Assembly: GCA_963693365.1 (NCBI GenBank)
Contig: CAVNZM010000001.1
Location: 6,402,907-6,466,906 of the forward strand
Length of the DNA stretch: 64,000 nucleotides
Direction of reading: 5' to 3'
Origin: Amoebidium appalachense
Lineage: Eukaryota > Protista > Ichthyosporea
Numbering within the stretch: the stretch's first letter is position 1; the number at the start of each line of letters is the position of its first letter. Both the position numbers and the translations under genes were made by a program. This document shows, in pieces, positions 1 through 22,106 of this stretch. The notes beneath the pieces were generated by a model. The model made no database searches, had not been told where the DNA came from, and was given only the letters and a program-made list of their open reading frames with translations.

Positions 1-8771
<8,771 letters not shown>

Positions 8772-9856
8772 GAGAGCCCTCAAGAAGCATGACGTCATTA
8801 TGATGTCAAAATGCAGCCCCCCCCCCCCCCCCCCCCCCCCCCACAAACACACACACACATGCATGCATGCATGCATGCATACGCCGTGAATACATACATA
8901 CATACATACATACATACATACACACATACATACATACAGAATTACACGCACCCTGCACTCACACCCAGACACACAAAAAAAAACGAAACAAGAGGAAAGG
9001 AACACTTTTTTCTTCTTGATATGATGTGGCACTGGTGAAAGAAGTGACCTCTGTACTGGTGTGGTGACCTAAAGACTGTTTCTGGTTGTTCCCCGCTTGG
9101 TTTTTCTTTCCACGTGAAGAATCTTGTTCCCGCTCTGAGACACCAGCTCCCTCTTTTTCGATTTTTAAATTGGTGCTGAGCTGTTGATTCTCTCGGGAAT
9201 CGGACCACTAAAGTTTGTTTAGATCGACACACACGGCAATGTGTATGTATGCTAGGAGCGCATGCTGAAAACGGAATTATGTTATTATATTGGCCTATGT
9301 CTTAGCACCCTCTTGCCCCTTCCCAGATTTTCATTTTCTAGATCTACTACCGGAAAGCGTTTAAGGCACCTCGGATTTTCCGCCTTGTCACAAGACTAGG
9401 CTGCAGACTTTCATGCTGTGCATGGGAGCTTGAGGATATCTATGGCTGCCTGTGTGACCAAGGCTGAGCGTAAATGTAATTTGCAGGAGTATGGTAGGAA
9501 ATTAGGCAACCTCAGTCCATGGGTATTTTGCATGGCTGGACCATGCGTGAAGGAACAACAAAATTCCAAAAATGGACGTTTGTGTGTGTCAAACACTATA
9601 TGTGCCTGCACGTGTGCAAAGGGGTGTTGTGTGTGTGTGTGTGTGTGTACGGTGTGATGTGCTTGTATGTGCGAGTACCCGTGCCCGTGCATGTTTCTGA
9701 ATGCGTGTGTGAAAGACTGCCACCATCACGTACAAATGATGCCCGTGTGTGTGTCATATGTGTGAGGTGTTACTGCATGCGCATGTTGCGTGGTGTGTGT
9801 GTTAATAATTAGTCCTGGCGGTGCAAGCCTGGCGCACCCATTCATCTGCAGAATAA

Positions 9857-10148
9857 GTTACGCACGTGTCTGCAGATGGCGACATGGACATGGTCCAAAT
9901 TTGGTTGACGTGATTGACTTGGCCAAATTTCAAAATCTTTGCGGGGCCCCGGGCCACCTACATGTACAAGCGGCAACCACTGAATAATTGTAAACAATAT
10001 TAATGAACATATATCATTCAATGAATACTTAAAGCAACTATATAATAAAATATCATATAAATATATGCCGGTCCTGCGGGCAGCGTCACGGCTGCTATGC
10101 TACTTCGTGGCGCTTGCTGTCACCGCCATCTGCAGATACGTCCGTAAC
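9857..10148. mobile_element. ~290-bp MITE with 25-bp terminal inverted repeats
   Basis: GTTACGCACGTGTCTGCAGATGGCG (9857-9881) vs reverse complement of 10124-10148 GTTACGGACGTATCTGCAGATGGCG (23/25); AT-rich core; no clear TSD. Confidence 0.7.
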
Positions 10149-10186
10149 CGTTGAGAAAGAGTACTTGCTACGAGGACATGAATAGA

Positions 10187-10510
10187 TCTGCAAAGCCAGA
10201 ATTATTTCTGCAAAATCAGAATTATTCTGCAAGAGGCAGAATTATTCTGCAAAAGGCAGAATTATTTAGAACAATTCTGCCAGGCTGGAGGAAGTTTTAG
10301 TTACTCTGCCGTGCTGACGTGAGCAGAATAATTCAGCTTTTGCAGAATCAGAGCTAAGAGCAGAATGGTCCAATCTGCTTAAAGCACTGATTTCTGCTCG
10401 GAGCAGCGCTAAATTGCCAAGTGTGCTAAAAATTTGCAGTTTGAGAATAATTCTGCTTTATGCAGAAATTTTTTCAAAATTTAACAGTTTCTGAATACTA
10501 TTCTGCTCGG
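10187..10510. repeat. Array of palindromic GCAGAAT(T/A)ATTCTGC motifs, first four at ~20-bp period
   Basis: About 8 full or degenerate copies visible between 10197 and 10506. Confidence 0.85.
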
Positions 10511-10596
10511 ACGGAGCATGTTGGTTCTGCCGCCGTGATTGGGCTCTTGCCTAGCTAGTACACGTGCTAGCGTGTACATCACGAACTCGAGGCAGC

Positions 10597-10632
<36 letters not shown>

Positions 10633-10960
10633 AAAAACACACACACGCACACACACACACACACACACACGCACACGTTGTATTGGATCTCCTGGGTGGT
10701 GCATTACATATGTCATGCCGGTGGTGGCCCTAAACAAATTAGTAGTATCCGGTGTGCATGTGTCAGTGTCTGTGTGTCACGTGTTTGTGTAATGGTTGTG
10801 TGTGTGTGTCCGTGCCAGGCACGCGTAACTAACGAGTCGAGACGGTGGGTTGCTGTGTGTGCATGTCTATAATAATTACAGTGTGTGTGTTTTTTACGTG
10901 CTTGTCAACGTCACGGTGTGTGTGTGTGTGTGTGTGTGTGTGTGACGGTGTGTGTCAGGT

Positions 10961-10991
<31 letters not shown>

Positions 10992-11182
10992 CACGTGTGT
11001 GCGTGTCAGTACACGTGTGTTTGCCAGTGTTTGTGCGTGTGAGATAGAAGGAGTATGTATCATGATGTGCGTGTGTGTGTGTGCGTGTCCTTGTGTGTTT
11101 GTGTGTGTATGTATGTAGGGAGGGGGGAGAGGGGGGGGACCCCGAGGGGGGGGGGGAGAGAGAGAGAGAGAGAGAGAGGGGG

Positions 11183-11222
<40 letters not shown>

Positions 11223-12442
11223 GTTCGCCGGGCAGTTCAAGTTGCATCGTTCGACCTGAAATAGGTTCTGAATCACACGCAATGAATGTAATGCTATGGT
11301 TGTAGGTACTCGTTCTGGGACAGTGGTGCAACAGAACTTATATGAAAGCGTCACTACAGGGCCCTATTATTACAATAATGGTTACAATGAACAACACGGA
11401 ATAAAAATAATATCACGATCGTCACAGAGTGCTTATAATTCTATATTCGAGATGATACGCAACATATGCCATAACGGAAGAACATGAATAAGTAAACTCA
11501 CCAGGAGCTACTATGACAATCAACACTTATTTATACACATAATGTGGTTAGAGGCCCTAGCACACCGATGCCATATGATTACTCATTACGGTTGATATTG
11601 TTTTGTAACTGATACACGTTGAAGAAAATTTTCTTTAGTAAAATTTTGTTTGTAAATGAGTGACACAGACAAGCTGGAATAGAAGCATACAGCATCCAGA
11701 ACATAGGATTATACTGAAGCACAAATAAAAACGTAGTTAGGGGCAGTGTAACAGAACACTAGTAACCAGAATATATTAATGCAAGTTGTTCAGTCACGCG
11801 GCAGGATCCTGCCATACAAAAGACAAAAAAGAAGTAGTGTGCCATATTAATAATAAAATGTAAGTTACGATTAAATTTTAACTTACTACCCGGATTCGTT
11901 GAAGTGCAGATAACTTACTCGTAAGAGAGTTAGTGAACTAAAGACTAGTACTTGTATAATTTTTTTTTGCAAACGGTCACTATAATAATATTTGTATAAA
12001 AAGGAAGTTTGAATTGTTCTTGTTTAAACCACACGCTCTAACGACGATGAGCGCCCGTGAGCCATTAACAACAAACTAATGCTAACAACAACAAACAAAT
12101 AAAGATGAAAGCAGAGCCTTACTGTGTGTCAATAATTATTATATCTTAAACCACGTATATTAGGCACGGACACATTAACGGTGTAGCCGTCACATGGCAG
12201 TCTTGTATGTGTACGTGAGTAACTGTTAGGCAAATAGTAACGAACAGTATGCCACAAAGTGTCAGTGTAGTCAGTGTATACGTATATATACCCGTTTATA
12301 TACCTGTGATATGGTTGAACACTGGGCAAGATGACGCACAGGCCTAGAGTGAATCGTTAGCTGCAAAGTGTGCACGAAAAATCGCCAATCCCGTAAAAAT
12401 CCATCGAAATACCGATATCCCCCCATGTCACCTACCGCGCAC

Positions 12443-14206
12443 TCACGTGCTCGATACCGCAAGCTCGGCTCCATTTTGGTGGCTCGTCGGGTCGGTGGCA
12501 GCATTTCGGTTCGGGCTTGGCCCGGGTGACTGCTTTATCCCAGCCATTTCGGCAAGTGTGGTGGTGGCAGGCGATTGGTTGCCGCTCCCATCCCGATAGC
12601 GACCGTCCATACCATGCGCCCCCATCGAGTGGTTATCTCCCCCATTGGAAAAGTGGCCCCTCGGTCTATCTCTCGGTATATCCATCATGTCCCGCTCCAT
12701 TTTACCCCGCCAGAAATTTGCGTGTGAACTAGGGGGCATCCGCATCCCCCTACACTCTGCATCTTGCAACTTGGCGTTTCTCAGCATGCGGTGGGGGGAG
12801 CCGTCATCCGGACCGTCCCGCAACCGGCCCCCCCATCGTCGGTCCGGTGGGTTGGGCGAAGGTCCGGCGTGTTGGTGAGGTGCACGTCCCATACGAAAAT
12901 ACGCGGGGTCGTCGAGGTCTAGGGGGCCCGAGGAGGAATGATGGCCCCGGTGGTGGTGGATACCATCGCGATGATGGGACATGCATCCCTCGTACTCGCA
13001 GGCACTCTTGGTGTCCATCATGGGGGAATGTCCCCCTACACCATCCACATAACCCCGCGGTCTCAAAGCCTCAGGGTCGCTGTATCTCCCCACAAACTCC
13101 CCGGCCAATCTTGGCCACTGCCTGCCTCCCATTGGGCCATGGTCATGCCCCGACCACCCGTGCCTCGATCGGATTGGTCCGCCCTCGTGATCGCTATGCA
13201 TCGGCTCATCCCTACTCCAGTTGTCTCTCTCATATCTCCCGCGGCCGTAATCGATCGGACCATCGCCCCCACCCCTATACCCTGAATATCCATTGGGGCG
13301 CCGTGGCTCTGGTGAATAATACCCGTCCGACGCATAGTACCGATCATCGTTCATGTTGGGATTAACCCTCCCCGAGGGTGCATTCCAGCCCGACCGGGAC
13401 CCATAGCGTCCACTCCACTCCGAGTCAGAGGGCGCTCTCCTTGCCATATAAGGGTCAACACCCATCGACGCGTCGCGATTTGGGTACCGCAAATCCGATT
13501 CGCCGTATTGATCTACGCCGGGCTTAACGTATTCCGGGTCCCTCCGTGTCATTGGTCGATCTGAATCGCGTGGACCCGCGTAATCGTAAGGGTGGTGTCT
13601 CCTGGGTGGCCATGATTCCTGCGTGAACGATCTCTTCACCGATACCGATTCGCGATCCACAACCGGAAAACTGCGATTCGAATCGTGCTCTGATCCAACC
13701 GATTCCGATCCCATCCTCGGAAAATCCCCCCTCCTGGTGAGATTTACGTCGTTGGCCCGTCGGAAAGTCGAATCCAAATCCCCGAGTTGGTGCCTGTGCT
13801 CCATCATTGCTTTTTCCGACGCTGTCCTAAAAGCGGGGGTGTGTCCCTTTGAAAATGCGACTATGGGGAGTTCATTAGGTCCCCTTTTGTCGGCCAAACC
13901 CCCACCACTGGCAGTCCCCGGCCCACTGGTGGGAGGGTTCGAATCCTTTTTCACGGCAACTCCGGGTGGGGGGGTGTTAATGAAGGAGTCTAGGATGATA
14001 CTTCCCGCCCCCGTGCGGGTGGGCTCCCTAGTAGAAGCCCATTGGATCAAATTCTGGAGGGGGTCCCCATGTCCGTCCGTGAAATATCCCTGGGGTCTCC
14101 TTCGTCGCAATTTCTTTTTTGGGGCATCACCCCCTGATTGGTTCGAATCTGGGTCCTCCCTTCCGGAATCGCCCCCCGATCGGGTATTTTCGTCGTGATC
14201 CGCCAT
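12443..14206 (-). CDS. Uncharacterised, probably intrinsically disordered Arg/Gly/Asp/Pro/Ser-rich protein (~587 aa from MADHDEN), with a basic NLS-like PKKKLRRRRP
   Basis: 2-kb stop-free, microsatellite-free frame; ATG at 14206 in AACATGG context; acceptor TTTTATTTTCCGCAG opens the exon at 14358; alternative ATG at 14272. No domain recognised; the stop overlaps a GTGAGT donor-like site. Confidence 0.75.
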   Translation of the reverse strand: MADHDENTRSGGDSGREDPDSNQSGGDAPKKKLRRRRPQGYFTDGHGDPLQNLIQWASTREPTRTGAGSIILDSFINTPPPGVAVKKDSNPPTSGPGTASGGGLADKRGPNELPIVAFSKGHTPAFRTASEKAMMEHRHQLGDLDSTFRRANDVNLTRRGDFPRMGSESVGSEHDSNRSFPVVDRESVSVKRSFTQESWPPRRHHPYDYAGPRDSDRPMTRRDPEYVKPGVDQYGESDLRYPNRDASMGVDPYMARRAPSDSEWSGRYGSRSGWNAPSGRVNPNMNDDRYYASDGYYSPEPRRPNGYSGYRGGGDGPIDYGRGRYERDNWSRDEPMHSDHEGGPIRSRHGWSGHDHGPMGGRQWPRLAGEFVGRYSDPEALRPRGYVDGVGGHSPMMDTKSACEYEGCMSHHRDGIHHHRGHHSSSGPLDLDDPAYFRMGRAPHQHAGPSPNPPDRRWGGRLRDGPDDGSPHRMLRNAKLQDAECRGMRMPPSSHANFWRGKMERDMMDIPRDRPRGHFSNGGDNHSMGAHGMDGRYRDGSGNQSPATTTLAEMAGIKQSPGPSPNRNAATDPTSHQNGAELAVSST

Positions 14207-14555
14207 GTTGGATTTATCTGTTCGCGGGTTTCGCAGTGTCGGGATAGTTGCTGAAATTTCGATATCTAACATCTGGCCCGGTGGAGTGGCGACGGAAGTA
14301 GTGCTACCAGGCCATGTGTAGCGCAGACTTGAAACTGGAGCAAATTTCCAGGTACTATCTGCGGAAAATAAAATGTCAGCAATTAAACCACTGGAGGGCA
14401 GTATGAACTGACAACCAATCACAGCCACGTAATAGGCTACCACCTCTGTAAGCAGACAGGTGACAGCAGACACACCCCCTCAGCTACATCTCATTCCCTC
14501 AGACTCCATACAGTCAACACACACGCACACACACATACTATAATACTATAGTATG

Positions 14556-14639
<84 letters not shown>

Positions 14640-15738
14640 GTACGGACGCACGCACATCCCAACACCCATGTGAATTCGCACACACAGAGGCATAGGCACA
14701 GACACAAACACCTGTCCGCTACAGGCGCTCCATGCACACGCACGCCCACGCGCATGTGCACAAAGCATGGGCGCAAGCACGCACGCGCGCACACATGCAA
14801 GTGGTTTCGCTAATCTAAGAGCGGGACTCGCCACAAACACAAACATGTATGCTGGCAGACACGTACCGAGAGACAGAAGGGGGGAAAGGGGGGGGGGGGG
14901 GGGGGGGGGGGGGGGGAGGTTTATAAGATTGGTTCTGAACAAAGCCCGGGAGTGGTGAACACAACATAAACTTGGTAACCGGGTATATAGAACACACGAG
15001 CTTTCATCTCTATGTGTATGTGTTCTGTGCACTTGTGACACGTGGGGACGCACGCGAGAAGGTATACGTTTTTTTTTTTTTTGTGTGTGTGTGTGTGTGA
15101 GTGATTGTGAGTGAGTGAGTGTGTGTGTGTGGTGCTGCTGCTTGGGACTTGGGTGGTGGTGATGTTTGTGGTAGAGGTGATAGTGGTGCGGTTATACGTG
15201 GGCAAGAGAGTGTATGTACACGGATGTGAGACAAAAGAAAGCAAATCAAAGCCTAGAACACATTAAAACCATTCCACGGAGGCAGAGGGAGGAGGAAGAG
15301 GGGTGTCGAAGGGGAGAAGCCGGGCCGAGTGTGGTGGGAACTGGAATCCACAAGGAGGACGGAGGTAAAACACCACTAGACAACTTTAGAAGCAGATTAT
15401 GGCATAATTCAAGCTACAAATACATGTAATAACCCAACAAAGACTTGGAGATCCAAGGGAACAGCCCCTCCCTCAAGGAAAACCATGACTATACACACCA
15501 AATAATACATCTCATCTCGCTCGGTGATGTGATGGAGGTTGTGGTGTGTGTAGGAGCAATCGTAGCGGTATTGGTGATGGTTGTGTTTATGTTAAACTTT
15601 GTGCGCCTATGTGTTCTCCCCGCTCCCCCCCCCCCCCCCCCCTTCCCACCCTCCCCATCTCACTCTTCCCCCCCCCCCAGGCCTCCCCCTCCTTCTCCCT
15701 CTCCCTCTCCCTCTCTCCCTCTCTCTCCCCCTCTCTCT

Positions 15739-15801
<63 letters not shown>

Positions 15802-16973
15802 CTCATGCGTCTTTGTGCACGCATGTGCACGTGTGTGTGTGCGCAACATCTAATCAATGTAGTAAGGCTCCAATATATTCATACTCAAGAAACAAAAGCA
15901 GGTACCACAGGGTCTACATGAAAAAGAAACCAACGTTTCACACCCACCCACACACTACCATTACAAATAGAGCGGGCTGCACACCGTCTTTTTCTCTCTC
16001 TTTTTTCCTGTTTTTTTTTCTTTTTTCTTCTTTTCTTTTCTTTTCTTTTCTTTTCTTTTTCTTGTGGAGAACAGGATTGAGGAAACCGGGGTAGGGTTGA
16101 GGCGGGGCTTTGATTCCAAATTTAAGTCAAAAGAATAGAAAAGAAAGAAAAAAAAAGAGTCAAAAGAAACAAAGAGATAAAGTTTGACCAACAACTTTCG
16201 CTAGACTGATCGGGAATCTGACCGTGGGCCAGGCGGAGTAATCTTTTCCTCTATTGAGAGAACAAAGTTGATAAGAACTAGCGCGGAAACAAAAGTTGCA
16301 CGAGTGTGCAAAAAATACATTTATCCGTCGTTTCCTCAAAAAAAAAAAACGTAGGCATTTGGTTCAGCAATCGACACCTCGCACGTGGCGCCACCAAAAG
16401 GGCTGTCAATAACCGCTTGGCAGTTTCAAAAATATATACACTGTGAATGCAAACCTCTGATTGGACGATGATGATAAAAGCAAAATGTGATAAGCTGTGC
16501 TCAGTCGCATCCAAAAACAGTCCAAGCAGATGCCCCGATACATGATACTATGGCAGTAGAGTTTTCACAAATAAACTGAAACGGCGCATATCTGTCGACA
16601 TTTACTAAGATTCCCTCGAGTGTTTTCTTACGTGCAAAAATAGAGTTGTTGAGGGATGTTCAGGTAACCCAAGCAAATCAACGAATGCCGGTGTAAACAT
16701 TTTAATAATGTTCGCTAAAAAAAGTTTTAAGCAAAAAAAATTAGGTGTGCTTCCACGCGGGGAGGGGGGGGGGGGGGGGGGGGGAGGGGGTTATATCCAT
16801 CAAAGGGATGACAAAGAACAGCAAAAATAAAGATTCAAGCAAAAGTAAAACAACCGTGAGGCAGAAAACATTTAAACCGAGCCCATCAAACACACCGCGG
16901 AAACGAACATATATATATTTGCTCATTACCGAGAAGAGAATATTTCAATACCTCCAAACGAATCGACGGGAAG

Positions 16974-17053
<80 letters not shown>

Positions 17054-17408
17054 TGTGCGCGCACGCGCGCGCGCGCGCTCACGCTTGGGGGATGAGTTGG
17101 TTGGAGCGTGCGAGATGCCTTGTTTGAGAGAGCCCAGATGTTCACAGAATCATTGGTGGTGGGGGTAGGAGGGGGGGGGGGGGGGGGGGGGGAATGCGAG
17201 GAGGGGCGGGGGCCACGGAGGAGGAGGAGGAGGAGGGGGGGGGGGGGGGGGGGGAGGCTGCTAAAGTGCAGAACAGGGTACGAAATACGACTACATGATG
17301 AGCGAAACAGTGCAGGAAACAGACACAGGAGATGTTTGGCATGCAAAGAAAACAGGAAAGTATGCAACATACTTATTTGGGAGGGGCTGCGCATCCCTCC
17401 GGCGGCGG

Positions 17409-17441
<33 letters not shown>

Positions 17442-18071
17442 ATAATTCATTGTAAATAAGTGTCGACCACTTAGGCTCAAGCAAAGGTGAGGAGAACGGT
17501 GGGAGAGAGGGGAGGAGAGAGGGGGGGAGGGGCGGGGAGGGGAAGGAAGGGGGGAGGGGGGAGGGGGAGGGGGGTGCTTTGGAGAATAGAAAAGAATGAA
17601 GAGAGAACATTAGCTCACGACGGTCTAAGAAGAAATGGTATCAATAACAGATAAGCCAACTTTAATATGAAAAGAATGTAATCGTTATGGGAGAAGGAGA
17701 GGAGAAGGGGGAGGCGGGGGGGGGGGGATGAAGGAAAGAAAAGACAACTGATCACAAAGATTTAACTTCGTGGAGGCAACACATAAAACAAAGACAGACT
17801 TCATTTTTAACTATTTTCGTTTTTTGTCCCGATTGTGCCTTTTACCATTACTCAAGTTATATTTGCTTTATCTCCCCCCCCCCCCCCCTCCCCCCCCCTC
17901 CCCCCCACCACCACCCCGAGCTGCCTCCGTTCCCCACTCTCGCCCTCTTTACCCTTTCCTCCCCCTCCCTTTTCCTTCTTCCCGCAAGCTACATCCGGCT
18001 CAATCATCTCACCATCCTTCTTGTCCCCCTCTCCCTCCATCCCTCCCCGGACATCCCCAAATCCGCCTACC

Positions 18072-18104
<33 letters not shown>

Positions 18105-20561
18105 AGAGACCGGAGGCGAAAAACAACACCCCAACGAACGAGCTTGAACAGCGATATGGTGCAGTGCACCAAACTAGCAGCACGGATAAATCCTCATCGA
18201 ATAACTCGAGATGATACTCGTGCACACCAACATGCAACGAGAGATTACCACTTCAACTCTGGTAGAGCTGAAGGTGATCCCTGCTGTTTCTCATAGAGAA
18301 CGTGGCAGAATAGCACAAAACCGCAGCAAGAGGCACACAGGTGCTCTTTACGAAACCTATCTCCCTGCACACATAGCGACCAAAACTAGGAAAAAACAGC
18401 CTGAAGCCGTGCAAATACAAAACCTAACAAACACTTCGAGACTCTCCTTTGCAGTGGCTGAGAACTAGGAGACTAACAACAGACCCCTAGATGAAAGGTA
18501 ATTATAAGCACGAAATCCAAACGGAACAAACGTAGTGGGAAGAGAGAAAAGAGAACGGGTAAGGATCAGCGATGAAAGACGGACGGGTGGGCAGCAGCAA
18601 GCACGGCACAAGGCCTTGGAAAAACCGGATATAAAAACAACGCGAAAAGCGCGCGTAGATGTGCCTTTGTGTGTGTGTGTGTGTGTGCGTGTGTGCGTGT
18701 GCGCGTGCGCTCGTGCGTATTTGTGTGTGTGTTTGAGCGTATGGTGCAACAGGTGTATGTGAATGTACGCAAGTCTCTGCGTGTGTTACAACGTCATCAG
18801 TGCGTGTGACGGTGTGGTGTGGGGAAAAAGTGGGTGTAAAACACGTGCGTGTAGAGTGGGGAGAAAGGGTACAATCGAAAGAGAATGAGCGACAGGGAAG
18901 AGACCCTTCCCCGTCCCCACCACCAACCCTAGCACGCCCATTCACGTGCACGAGGTGCAAACCACGCTCCAAACACACAATATTTTCAACCACGACGTGA
19001 GTCTCATGAACGTGAAACGCACGTTGAGTCATTATACAACTAGAATCCGGAAAACAAAAAATAAGGAAGCGGATAAGGAGGGTGAACAGGTATACAACTG
19101 GGCCGGGTACTGAAGTTTTGGGTTGCAGGAAAACACTGAAGCACGATAAGTAATTCGGGGTACCCACCTTCACAGATGCAGAAGTTGCAGTAAATCTTGA
19201 TGAGTTTCGAAATGCACACTTTTGGAGTGGTCACGGTATTCTTTCTTGCCTGCCAAGTGTGGCTTCGTCTCGTACTGGCACAACTGACAACTTGGGCTTT
19301 ACTTCACGCGAACTTTTGGTCTAACAACTTAGCAACTCGGTTTCCCTTAGGAATTTCCGGGAATAGATGTATCCGGACAGAATAGTGTTACCCTAGCAAG
19401 TTGTTTCACACACGTGTTCCATTCCGTTAACGTTTTGGACATAAAATGAAAACAGACTGATGATGGAAACAGTTGCTTTGTTTTAGCCTAAACCACGTGC
19501 TTGCTGCCAAGTTACTACGGTTACCAAGTGACTACTAGTACTCAGTGAGCTCTTAGCGCGCACAGAAGGTAACTTTGAAGGCCAGGCCCACCACGTTAGA
19601 ACACGTGCATAACCACACAAGGCTGTTTTCACATGTATACGCATAGTATGCATAAGGTTTCGTGCCCACAACCAGCACAGTCTTTTAAAATGTAGCGAAA
19701 CATGTTTCGGTGTGCCGTCACTGCCGTGTTTCGCGAGAACTTCTGATGGGATGTGTGAATAGTCTATAATGTGTCCTCTGTGCTCGAGATATTGAATAGT
19801 GGGATCTGAGATCTGATAGTGGGTGTCCAAAAAGCAACCTATATTCCACCGTTGTTACTCTGTGTTCCAAACCCGTAACTCATAAATAAAGCATGTAATA
19901 AACATGAATTGAATAAAATTTTGATATCTAAACGTCCCCACTCTCTTGTGGCGGAGCAAAGACCTACTTTGGCCTCCAAACCAACCACTATGCACAAGTT
20001 TAGGTTACGACGTATTCATTGTGCAGACTAATGCATTAACGGCAGTTCATGATCACAGCCCGGAGTGATGGTGTGCGTGGGCCGAGCGGGACACGCCAGA
20101 GTGTGCGCGTTGCGACAGACTTTCACAGGAAACACGCACAGACGTACGCAGAGGTCTAGCTGGATTTTCAGTCGGTAGATATTTCTTGACGTGAAACAAC
20201 TACAAAAGAAGCGCGTCCGTATACCTAGTTCGTGTATAGCTTTTACTGAAGATAAGGAATAATCATATATATATATACAGATTCTCATATTTGGTGCTGC
20301 CTACACCATCTCGACCGTAATAAGGCCACATATATATTTAATGGTTGGATCTGCTGGCCGAAAAGATGGACTATCCCGGTAAAAAAACGAAGATGCTGAA
20401 ATTTGGACAAGTCTTGGATTTGTGGGATACTGTTGTTGCTAAATAACGCGGCAAAATAGTTGCTGACATTTCCGATCGCTAAAAAGCTCTTATTTGCAAG
20501 AGCAAAACTTTCAAGTGTACTCTAATTAAATTCTCAGCAGTTTTTCGCTCGACCAGGTTTC

Positions 20562-20564
<3 letters not shown>

Positions 20565-20626
<62 letters not shown>
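20565..20626. repeat. (TA)n microsatellite
   Basis: Directly visible; the only long TA run in the window. Confidence 0.95.
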
Positions 20627-20630
<4 letters not shown>

Positions 20631-22106
20631 GAGAAAGGGCATGTTATGTGTTTTAATATCCGGGCACACAAGCGTGACAATGATTTTTGTACACAAACGT
20701 TAACGCCGTATCATCGTATGTTTTGTATTATCCGAAACTATAGATATAGGGGGTTTACACACTTTTTATTGCGTGGAGACTCGCCACACTCAACGGCCTA
20801 CTGCGTTTTCCAGCGCAGCCAATCAAATGCATACCATTGGAAATTCTGCATGAGCGCATGCACATCCGTGAAAATTTTTTTTCGTGAAATTTAACCGTCA
20901 CTCATTTTCACCGCATTTGATTGGCCCAAAGGCCATGGTTCGGATACCCCAACACTTCTAAGAGGGGGGGCGAGAGTATGTCCGTACCTGCGCTCCCGGG
21001 AATTTTAGACCCCGTTTCCATATGTGTGTAACAGTATGTAACTAGTAACTACGGAAAATGGAGCCTCATCATACCAAAATACCCACATTTAGTGTAAATT
21101 TATTGATTTTTACTAAATGTAAAACCACATGCAGTCCTATGTCTGTAACGGAATTTTACGTGGCCTAAATGTCGAAACTGGAAAATCGTAAATCCGCTGT
21201 TACCACACATACGACTCGCGCCACACATATGAGTTTTGGGGGATCCATAGCTCGGAAAATATTTCGGGTAGCCTAGAACCTTGAAATAACACATGCTCAG
21301 ATGTATCCGATGATTATGAATATATACAGAACAAACTTACTACAGTTTGAGCCGAATTTGCAGAAAATGCAGAAAGAAAAAGCCCGAATTGCTCAGAAGT
21401 AATGGTTCCCGCCCTTTCCGATACGCCATCCAGCGCTAGCCTAGCCGACAGCCGCGTGTAAAACTTTTCTCGTTTCTCCTTCTGGTCATTTGGGGCGGCA
21501 GGTGGCCGTGGTTGAATTTTGGCTGACAGCAGCCTTGACTTGAAGCTGCATTCAAGTTAGGGCCGTGATCGAAATGACTACAAGATTTTTAATTTTTTTT
21601 CAATACATATTGTTACGTCTGCATATAATCATGCAGCCGGAGAGCGGCATATATATTGTGGGCTGCAGAGGCCCGATGGTGCCATGGCCATCATGAACCG
21701 TCACAGTGAACTTCATGATCATGACCACGTGATCACGGCCATCTTGAACAGCACGGCCTTGGCGCAGGAGATTAGTGCTACGTCATCAATTTCAACAGTG
21801 ACTGGGATCGGCGGGCTGATCACTCAGTCACTCATGATCATTTCAGCTAAACTTTACTGTGTTCAGACTGGTTTGTCGAAACCACTAAGAAGGCCGTACT
21901 GTACATTATTCATATCTAATGCAGAGAAGACGTTTTTTACATACACTCGTGAATAATATACATATGCTTGCACACACAATCATCACTTTACAGTTACATT
22001 TGCCCGCTCATGGCCGCGAGGAGTGCCAGCTCCTCCTCCTCATCTACCTCATAATCTAGATCTGCCTCGTTGGCAGCCAGGTACCCTGGGCTGCAGGGCT
22101 GCAAAA

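Noticed and set aside
10187-10510. CRISPR-like appearance of the palindromic repeat array (also 2246-2510 and 23124-23724)
   Set aside because: No unique spacers of constant length, no cas genes, eukaryotic context.
13623-14198. Plus-strand ORFs over the orphan gene (and antisense ORFs over PEPCK and PPR exons)
   Set aside because: Shadows of GC-rich coding sequence on the other strand.
15445-15620. Hydrophobic TM-like peptide in ORF 15445-15921
   Set aside because: Explained by GT-rich composition; runs into microsatellite.
16278-16760. Possible MITE with GCGCGGAAACA / TGCTTCCACGC ends
   Set aside because: Only 9/11 match, no TSD, no second copy in the window.
19449-19484. Hammerhead-like CTGATGA..GAAAC flanked by a pairing stem I
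   Set aside because: Stem II is absent and no proper NUH cleavage triplet fits; at best a relic.
19483-19830. 115-aa non-repetitive ORF
   Set aside because: TTG start, no recognisable motif or splice support.
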